Positions 57,970 through 64,000 of a DNA stretch of 64,000 nt are shown piece by piece. How positions within the stretch are numbered: the stretch's first letter is position 1; each line of letters starts with the position of its first letter. Below the pieces are notes generated by a model. It was not told where the DNA came from. It saw nothing but the letters and a program-made list of their open reading frames with translations, and ran no database searches. Location: the sequence record KJ019146.1; one strand, written 5' to 3'. The translations under genes and the position numbers were made by a program.

Positions 57970-58073
57970 TAACTGGCACAACCCCCCTAGGCACCACCCC
58001 CTCTATACCCTATAATATAGAGGTAGGGGGGGAAACCACTCTACACTCACTCTAAACACTCTACTCTAAAACC

Positions 58074-58496
58074 ATGGCTATTATCTGTTTGACCACCTGT
58101 TACGTAGCTGATAAAAAAGGCGAGGTTATCGTATACACCCCCGGACCTGTACCTGGTAAAACCTCTAAATGGCTCTTGACCCTCAAGCCTACCCAGCGGG
58201 TCAAGTTTGAGTATGTTCGTAAACAGCGGGTATCTAAACCCATGGTTGAGTATACGGACTCTGAGTACATTGAGATTATCAGCCGATACCTCAATGGCGA
58301 TAACCGCTCAGATATCGCTAACACCTCAGAGGCCACATCAGCCCACGATTCTGTAGGCTCGGTTGACGCGGTTGTATCCATGTTACAAAAACTTGACCGC
58401 CATATGGGCGAGAGTAGGACTATGGGTATCAGCCCTCGACTGATCCAGCTGGCCCACGCGATGGACCCAGATACATTCCCTATCCCCGCCGCCTGA
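58074..58496 (+). CDS. hypothetical protein, possible HTH
   Basis: YTDSEY.EIISRYLNG.NRSDIA; follows the last palindrome. Confidence 0.6.
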   Translation: MAIICLTTCYVADKKGEVIVYTPGPVPGKTSKWLLTLKPTQRVKFEYVRKQRVSKPMVEYTDSEYIEIISRYLNGDNRSDIANTSEATSAHDSVGSVDAVVSMLQKLDRHMGESRTMGISPRLIQLAHAMDPDTFPIPAA

Positions 58497-58503
58497 TAAA
58501 ACA

Positions 58504-58526
58504 GAGGGGCTCTCAGTAGCCCCCTC
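58504..58526. terminator. GC-rich hairpin
   Basis: GAGGGGCT-CTCAGT-AGCCCCCTC; no U-tract. Confidence 0.45.
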
Positions 58527-58554
58527 TATACAACCCCCCTTATACAGAACCCCA

Positions 58555-58716
58555 ATGAACAGTCAACAGCACCTAGACTCACTCGTGAGACAACTGGCTA
58601 ACGATGGTTGCCAAGAGATCGCCGTTATCAAGCTACCCTCTATGGCTAAGAGAAATCAAAAGACCCTGTTCAGCCCACCAAACCGTAAAGGACCTAGAGC
58701 CAAGGTTTCAGCCTGA
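58555..58716 (+). CDS. small hypothetical protein (53 aa, not in ORF track)
   Basis: MNSQQHLDSLVRQL..IAVIKLPSMAKR; weak resemblance to 57754 ORF. Confidence 0.5.
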   Translation: MNSQQHLDSLVRQLANDGCQEIAVIKLPSMAKRNQKTLFSPPNRKGPRAKVSA

Positions 58717-58753
58717 TCACCCTACTCACTCATCCCCCTACACTCTGAGAACT

Positions 58754-58945
58754 ATGAACAACATCGATAACCTGGCAATGGACCGTTTGGATCAGTTGGC
58801 TTCTATGGTCAACCAGCACATGGAGAACGGAAACGAATCACTCGCTGAACTCTGTGATCAGGAGGCACGGGACCTACTGAACGAACTGGAATCCGAGGAC
58901 TACACGTTTTGGACTATGGAGGACCTCAGCGGGCTGGAAGCCTAG
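58754..58945 (+). CDS. acidic hypothetical protein
   Basis: ATG 58754 preferred over track start. Confidence 0.55.
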   Translation: MNNIDNLAMDRLDQLASMVNQHMENGNESLAELCDQEARDLLNELESEDYTFWTMEDLSGLEA

Positions 58946-59395
58946 GAACAGGTTAGGGGGCTAACCGACAGTCCCCCGTTTCGACAGTTGTTGGTGGCGG
59001 TCCCCCGATACCCCCGGATCGCGATACCAAAAGCAATAGGGGACCCAACTCGCAACCTACAAAAGTAAATATCGACTTCTATATCTCCCTCTTCCAATTT
59101 ATTTTTCCCAGGGTCACCGAGCCCACAGAGTCCACATATAATTCCCCTCCCAGTTTCCCAGGGTTCCCAAAATTTCCCCCAGTAAAAATATTCCCCATAA
59201 GGTTATGCAATAAACACGAAGTGTTTCTCGTAGGGAACCGTAGAGGAACAATCTGTTTCTCTTCACTACCCATTATAACATATAACACACTATATTACAC
59301 ACTGATGCTCTGAGGGCTTCCCGTAGGGTTACAAACACAGAGATATGGTGTAAAATGTAGAAGTTCTATATACAACAGTTGTTACCCCTATATGA

Positions 59396-59560
59396 ATGAA
59401 AAAGGAAAACACGTTTATCACTGAGTTACAAGAGAATGTCTCCACGGGAGATCTAATGGCTTCTATTCCCCCACAGATCCTCTCAGAGATGGGATGGTAT
59501 GAGGGCACAGAGGTACGTTGGGTCGTCGATGGAAACGAGTTAGTTCTTATGGAGTCTTAG
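59396..59560 (+). CDS. AbrB/MazE-like swapped-hairpin DNA-binding protein (54 aa, not in ORF track)
   Basis: Hand translation TGDLMASIPPQILSEMGWYEGTEVRWVVDGNELVL. Confidence 0.7.
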   Translation: MKKENTFITELQENVSTGDLMASIPPQILSEMGWYEGTEVRWVVDGNELVLMES

Positions 59561-59571
59561 AGACTAAAAAA

Positions 59572-59763
59572 ATGGCACAAAAAACATCCCTGTATCATAT
59601 CTACGTCAACAAAGAGCCCATCTATGTCAATCTAGATGAGGAAGAGTTTAGTAAGCAGTATAGTTACCTAAAGGGGTTTTTGGAGTTGACTAATCTAAAG
59701 AAAGATGCTACAATAGAGTATGAGGAGTGTGAGACGATACTCGGTTTAGAGTCGTCTTACTAA
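59572..59763 (+). CDS. hypothetical protein
   Basis: LYHIY..IY.NLDEEEF; ATG 59572 preferred. Confidence 0.55.
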   Translation: MAQKTSLYHIYVNKEPIYVNLDEEEFSKQYSYLKGFLELTNLKKDATIEYEECETILGLESSY

Positions 59764-59802
59764 TCCTACATACTAGTATGAACACATTAATGGAGTATTG
59801 AA

Positions 59803-60570
59803 ATGGCAAAGGGTTTCACCGTGAAGGCGAAGACACCCCCTAAAGGAACCGAAGCTAAAAAGGCATCGGAATGGGATTATGATAAGGCTAAGGAGATGAT
59901 GCGTGGTAAGAGCGTAGTATTCTGTCTCCCTGGTCGTGGCGTTAGTTATACGTATCTAAAGAACTTCGTTCAACTTTGTTTTGATTTAGTTCAAATGGGA
60001 GCTTCGATTCAGATCTCTCAAGACTATAGTTCAATGGTTAACTTTGCACGTTGTAAGTGCTTGGGTGCCAACGTCCTACGGGGTCCTGATCAGATTCCAT
60101 GGGATGGTCGCCTTAAGTATGACTACCAACTCTGGATTGATAGTGATATCGTATTCAACACTGAGAAGTTCCTACAACTTGTTCTAATGGACAAGGACAT
60201 CGCTTCTGGTTGGTATTGTACTGAAGATGGACGTACCTCCTCTGTAGCCCACTGGTTAGAGGAAGATGACTTTGCCAAGAATGGTGGTGTCATGAACCAT
60301 GAGAACCTAGAAACAATGGCTAAGCGTAAGAAGCCTTTCACGGTTGACTACACTGGCTTTGGTTGGGTCCTTATCAAGAATGGTGTCTTTGAGCACCCTG
60401 AGATGAAGTATCCATGGTTCGCACCTAAGATGCAGATCTTTGAATCTGGTGATGTACAGGATATGTGTGGTGAAGATGTTAGCTTCTGTTTAGATGCTAT
60501 CGAAGCTGGATTTGAGATCTGGTGCGACCCTCGTATCCGTGTTGGACATGAGAAGTCACGAGTGATCTAA
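59803..60570 (+). CDS. GT-A (GT2-like) glycosyltransferase-fold conserved protein
   Basis: VVFCLPG, LWIDSDIVF (DxD), YTGFGWVLIK, GEDVSFC, RVGHEK. Confidence 0.7.
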   Translation: MAKGFTVKAKTPPKGTEAKKASEWDYDKAKEMMRGKSVVFCLPGRGVSYTYLKNFVQLCFDLVQMGASIQISQDYSSMVNFARCKCLGANVLRGPDQIPWDGRLKYDYQLWIDSDIVFNTEKFLQLVLMDKDIASGWYCTEDGRTSSVAHWLEEDDFAKNGGVMNHENLETMAKRKKPFTVDYTGFGWVLIKNGVFEHPEMKYPWFAPKMQIFESGDVQDMCGEDVSFCLDAIEAGFEIWCDPRIRVGHEKSRVI

Positions 60571-60734
60571 TGGACCACTTGTATGATATAATCATAGAAG
60601 GTCAGGTTATTCATAAGGGAGTATGTGAAGAGGAGTTTCTAGATCTTATGGAGATCTTCTCTTCCAACTATTATGAATGTGGGTTCCCCCATCCTGACAC
60701 CATCTCTCACACAATGTATACTAAGGAGAACTAA
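60570..60734 (+). CDS. small hypothetical protein (54 aa, not in ORF track)
   Basis: LYDIII..IHKGVCEEEF; similar pattern to 59572 ORF. Confidence 0.55.
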   Translation: MDHLYDIIIEGQVIHKGVCEEEFLDLMEIFSSNYYECGFPHPDTISHTMYTKEN

Positions 60735-60865
60735 TGTACGGAAACACTAAGACTCAGGATGCGGCAAGACCTAAGAGAACCTCTCAAGGTCGTTCAGCAA
60801 ACACTAAGATGAGTGCTACCTCACGAAACTCTCGTAAGAAGAGATACAAAGGTCAGGGTAGATAA
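60734..60865 (+). CDS. small basic protein (43 aa, not in ORF track)
   Basis: KRTSQGRS..SRNSRKKRYKGQGR; AAGGAG RBS. Confidence 0.6.
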   Translation: MYGNTKTQDAARPKRTSQGRSANTKMSATSRNSRKKRYKGQGR

Positions 60866-60872
60866 TATATCC

Positions 60873-60903
60873 AACCACCTCTAAATACTAGGGGTGGTTT
60901 TTT
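60873..60903 (+). terminator. intrinsic terminator containing a late promoter
   Basis: AACCACCTCTA-AATAC-TAGGGGTGGTT-TTTT; TAAATA at 60882-60887. Confidence 0.75.
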
Positions 60904-60917
60904 AGTGCTATTTCTTT

Positions 60918-61526
60918 ATGGAAGTGTTGCATGAGTTTTTGAATGTACATCCAGATGACATGTGGGTGTATAATAAACTACAACTTTGTCGTAAGTTGGA
61001 GTATATTTGTGGACCTCTAGGGGCACCAGTACCCTTTCCTGGTTGGTATATTCTCAAACCTGCTATAAACTTCCTTGGTATGGGTAGGAACTCAAGAAAG
61101 ATATGGTTAACTCCTGAAGATAAGACAGAAAACTTTGGAATACCGGGTGAGTTTTGGTCTGAGTTCTTTGTAGGGGAACATATTAGTATAGATTATCACA
61201 AAAGACATCAGATATTAACTGTCAAGGGATACCCAGAGGATAAGAAACACATCTCTGAGTGCTCTAGATGGAAGAAGTGGACTAAAGTTGATAGAGAAGT
61301 ACCATTCCCAGAAGTATTAGGGGATGTATGGAGGAACTATGCTACTATTAACATTGAATGCATTGGTGGAAATATGATTGAAGCCCATGTTAGGGGTAAC
61401 CCTGACTTTGTTTGGGGTAATGAGGAGGCTATTCCAGTGTGGAAAGGTGATAGAATAGATCCACCGGATGGTTATACATATGTCAAGAGTCCAGATTACG
61501 AAAGAGTTGGGTTCTACATCAAGTAA
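60918..61526 (+). CDS. ATP-grasp-like conserved hypothetical protein
   Basis: WVYNKL, YILKP..N..GMG, FWSEFFVGEHISIDY, NIECIGG.MIEAHVR.NPDF. Confidence 0.55.
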   Translation: MEVLHEFLNVHPDDMWVYNKLQLCRKLEYICGPLGAPVPFPGWYILKPAINFLGMGRNSRKIWLTPEDKTENFGIPGEFWSEFFVGEHISIDYHKRHQILTVKGYPEDKKHISECSRWKKWTKVDREVPFPEVLGDVWRNYATINIECIGGNMIEAHVRGNPDFVWGNEEAIPVWKGDRIDPPDGYTYVKSPDYERVGFYIK

Positions 61527-61593
61527 ATAAAGTATCAGGGGATAGAAACCCCCTTAAAAGTTCTATAACTGTTGTTTTTAGGACTATAGTACT

Positions 61594-61731
61594 ATGGGAA
61601 GACCAGTAGATCGTTCAGAAGGAGTTCTTTTAGTCACCGATTATGGTGCTCTTGAGTGGGCGTTGAAGAAAAAGAAGGAAATCTCTAAGAGATGTCCGTC
61701 ATGTTCTTGCCAGACAAAGGCAACTTCCTGA
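61594..61731 (+). CDS. possible small protein (45 aa)
   Basis: MGRPVDRSEGVLLVTDY; after TAAATA at 61525. Confidence 0.4.
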   Translation: MGRPVDRSEGVLLVTDYGALEWALKKKKEISKRCPSCSCQTKATS

Positions 61732-61739
61732 TAATACAC

Positions 61740-61755
61740 TAAATACAACTAAATA
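61740..61755 (+). promoter_or_regulatory. tandem late promoters
   Basis: TAAATA at 61740-61745 and 61750-61755 upstream of gp25. Confidence 0.7.
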
Positions 61756-61765
61756 CGCAACAATA

Positions 61766-62170
61766 ATGGCAGAAGTCACACGTATTTCTAGGGCATTTAA
61801 GGACATTAGTCTCTCGTTCAAACCACATCCGGTTACGGGAGATATTTCTGTGCTCAAAAATGAGAGAGCGATCAACAAATCTGTTCAGAATATCGTCGAA
61901 ACCATTCCTGGTGAGAAGTTTTTCAATCCTAACTTTGGTTCTGACGTTAGATCAATGCTTTTTGAGTTAGTTGACTTTGGTAGTTCCGCATTAATTGAGG
62001 ATCAGATCCTAACTTCCATTAATAACTACGAACCAAGAGTTAATAACGTAAAAGTATCGGTAGATCCGAGACCTGATACTAATGAATTCGAGGTTACTGT
62101 TAATTATGAAATCATAGGACAACCATTTCCTTCCCAAACATTCACATTCATCTTAGAGGCAACTAGGTAA
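61766..62170 (+). CDS. gp25: baseplate wedge subunit
   Basis: FKDISLSF..HP, NERAINKSV.NIV.T..GE.FF.P.FGS, NYEPRV. Confidence 0.93.
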   Translation: MAEVTRISRAFKDISLSFKPHPVTGDISVLKNERAINKSVQNIVETIPGEKFFNPNFGSDVRSMLFELVDFGSSALIEDQILTSINNYEPRVNNVKVSVDPRPDTNEFEVTVNYEIIGQPFPSQTFTFILEATR

Positions 62171-64000
62171 TGGCATTTACTAAGTTCACTAACCTAGATT
62201 ACGACCAGATTAAGGCGTCTATTAAGGATTATCTAAGAGCAAACTCAGATTTCACTGGGTTTGACTTTGATGGTTCTAACTTTTCTGTGCTAATTGATAC
62301 TTTAGCATACAACGCCTACATCAACTCAGTAAATGCCAACATGATTGTCAATGAATCCTTTTTGGATTCAGCAGTCGTTAGGAGAAACGTGGTTTCTCTT
62401 GCTGGAAATATCGGATATCTACCAAGATCAAAGAAAGCAGCACAAGCAAAGATTACACTTACTATTGCAACCGCCTCAGATACTCCTACGCTCACCCTGA
62501 AGGCGGGTTTGGTGTGTGTTGGGGCACAAGATAACACAAACTATGTGTTCTCCATTCCAGAGGATATTACGACACTAGTAAATGATGGGGTTGCTCAGTT
62601 TGGAACTACTGAAGATCCCATTACTGTCTACCAAGGAACATATTTACAGAACTCTTTTACCTATGATGGGTCCTTAGATCAGAGATTCATCATTACCAAC
62701 TCCAATATGGACTACAGTACCCTTGTGGTGCGTGTTAAAGATCAAAATGAACAGACTCCTGGTAAAGTCTGGAACAGAGTAGAGAATATTATCAAGATCA
62801 ATAGGGATAGTGAGATATATTTCTTAGCAGAAGTTGAAAAGGAGTACTATGAACTCCTATTTGGTGATGGAATCTTTGGTAAGAAGCTAAAACAGGGACA
62901 ACAACCTGTTGCAAGTTACATTTTGACTGATGGGTCATCAGGAAATGGACCTTCTAAGTTCAGTTATTCGGGTTCTGTGGTTAGTTCGACTGGTGGAGTG
63001 ATAATCCCTACCAATACCATCGTTATAACCACTGTAGAGGGTGCTAGGAATGGTTCAGATATTGAATCTGTTGACTCTGTAAGGTATTATGCACCCAAAC
63101 TCTATGGTGCTCAGTATAGAAGTGTCACTGCTCGTGATTATGAGGGTATTATTAAGGAAATTTACCCAAATACGGAGTCTGTCTCTGTTGTTGGTGGTGA
63201 AGAACTCGATCCACCCCAGTTTGGTAACGTTTTAATCAGTATCAAACCGGTAAATGGTACCGAAGTCTCTGATTTTGACAAAAAGAACATATTGGAGGGG
63301 TTGAAACAGTACACAATCGCTGGAATCAACCAACAACTAGTGGATCTTAAGATTCTATTCGTCGAATTGGACTCTTATGTCTATTATGATGTAACTAAAG
63401 TGGCATCTGCTGACTCTTTGAAGACAGAAGTCATTGGTTCACTCAATACTTACGCAAAATCAGTCGATCTTAACAAGTTTGGCGGTAGATTCAAGTATTC
63501 GAAGGCACAGAAGGTAATTGACGACACCAGTATCGCTGTTACATCCAATATTACTCGTGTTGTTATCCGTAGAAACCTATCTGCAGCGATTGGGCAGTTT
63601 GCACAGTATGAATTGTGCTTTGGTAACGGTTTTCACATCAAAGCATCAGGTGGAAACATCAAAACCACTGGTTTCCGCATTACTGGGTTGAATGATGTTG
63701 TATACTTAACAGATACACCAAATAAAGATGCAAATGGAAATGTAGATAACTCAGGGAAGGGTAAGATTTCCGTAATTACTGGAATTGCCGATGATAATGG
63801 TAGTTTCCGATATACTGTTGTTATTGATAAGGCAGGAACAGTGGATTATACAAAAGGAGAGATAATGTTGAACACTTTACAGATAAGTTCTACTGTTAAA
63901 CCCAATAGAATTGTTGAAGTACAGGCATACCCAACATCTAATGATATTATTGGTTTGAAGGACCTTTATGTGTCACTAGCTGTTCCTGATAGTGAGATAA
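62170..64000 (+). CDS. gp6: baseplate wedge subunit, 3'-truncated by window end (not in ORF track)
   Basis: Hand translation MAFTKFTNLDYDQIKASIKDYLRANSDFTGFDFDGSNFSVLIDTLAYN..NESFLDSA; same frame at the window end. Confidence 0.93.
   Translation, partial: MAFTKFTNLDYDQIKASIKDYLRANSDFTGFDFDGSNFSVLIDTLAYNAYINSVNANMIVNESFLDSAVVRRNVVSLAGNIGYLPRSKKAAQAKITLTIATASDTPTLTLKAGLVCVGAQDNTNYVFSIPEDITTLVNDGVAQFGTTEDPITVYQGTYLQNSFTYDGSLDQRFIITNSNMDYSTLVVRVKDQNEQTPGKVWNRVENIIKINRDSEIYFLAEVEKEYYELLFGDGIFGKKLKQGQQPVASYILTDGSSGNGPSKFSYSGSVVSSTGGVIIPTNTIVITTVEGARNGSDIESVDSVRYYAPKLYGAQYRSVTARDYEGIIKEIYPNTESVSVVGGEELDPPQFGNVLISIKPVNGTEVSDFDKKNILEGLKQYTIAGINQQLVDLKILFVELDSYVYYDVTKVASADSLKTEVIGSLNTYAKSVDLNKFGGRFKYSKAQKVIDDTSIAVTSNITRVVIRRNLSAAIGQFAQYELCFGNGFHIKASGGNIKTTGFRITGLNDVVYLTDTPNKDANGNVDNSGKGKISVITGIADDNGSFRYTVVIDKAGTVDYTKGEIMLNTLQISSTVKPNRIVEVQAYPTSNDIIGLKDLYVSLAVPDSEI

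Larger units (their letters stand above)
27207..58072 (+). repeat. family of 33 co-oriented palindrome-promoter-leader elements (cassette boundaries)
   Basis: 24-bp TGTGMCAST-N6-ASTGKCACA starting at 27207, 30086, 32499, 32697, 36280, 39438, 40259, 41427, 41986, 42645, 43923, 45071, 47266, 47968, 48413, 48962, 49266, 50818, 51516, 52096, 52649, 52963, 53517, 53866, 54168, 54597, 57130, 57440, 57668, 57957; half-sites (right arm conserved) at 31190, 42302, 48187. Followed by a -35-like box, then TATACT/TATAAT 29-30 nt after the right arm in the copies measured. Confidence 0.95.

Noticed and set aside
27207-57980. Palindrome as a canonical CRP, NtcA or dif site
   Set aside because: CRP is TGTGA-N6-TCACA whereas here TGTGA and (G/T)CACA are 14 nt apart; no GTA-N8-TAC consensus; no resemblance to dif arms
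48240-57981. Minus-strand ORFs beginning MCQ(F/L)S(D/E)CH (48240, 57504, 57772) as a protein family
   Set aside because: They are the reverse-complement reading of the palindrome, antisense to well-supported + genes
27207-58072. CRISPR array
   Set aside because: Repeats are degenerate, contain promoters and are separated by 200-3000 bp of intact ORFs, not 30-40 bp spacers; no cas genes seen
58946-59395. tRNA genes in intergenic gaps (also 43060-43150)
   Set aside because: No cloverleaf with T-loop GTTCRA and acceptor stem was found by eye; tRNAscan would be decisive
1-64000. Integrase/recombinase for the cassette array
   Set aside because: No ORF with tyrosine-recombinase (R-H-x-x-R-Y) or serine-recombinase motifs was recognised in this window; it could be elsewhere, host-encoded or not exist

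Overview
64 kb of a T4-like (myovirus) cyanophage genome with three blocks. (1) 1-27.2 kb: gp32, plastocyanin (petE), and late baseplate/tail genes (gp4, gp54-like, gp48, gp53, gp26, gp51, tape-measure-like pair with lysozyme and M23 domains, gp5-like), a collagen-like fibre followed by a methyltransferase/glycosyltransferase/2OG-Fe(II) oxygenase trio, and two large fibre proteins, driven by TAAATA late promoters. (2) 27.2-58.9 kb: an accessory region of about 80 short ORFs divided into cassettes by 33 co-oriented copies (30 near-complete, 3 half-sites) of a composite element. The element is a 24-bp imperfect palindrome TGTG(A/C)CAST-N6-ASTG(G/T)CACA, then a G-run or C-run block with a -35 box, an extended -10 box (TGC-TATACT), a conserved leader and an RBS. 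The palindrome usually overlaps the stop codon of the preceding gene, which resembles an integron-like cassette junction. Cassette cargo includes a GIY-YIG-like/SF2 helicase flanked by two complementary half-methyltransferases, a PD-(D/E)XK-like nuclease, a KxDG ligase-like protein, a CP12-like protein, a deaminase, very acidic proteins and secreted-type proteins. (3) 59.4-64 kb: an AbrB-like ORF, conserved hypotheticals, gp25 and the start of gp6. All calls are by-eye motif recognition and hand counts; no database search or alignment program was run.
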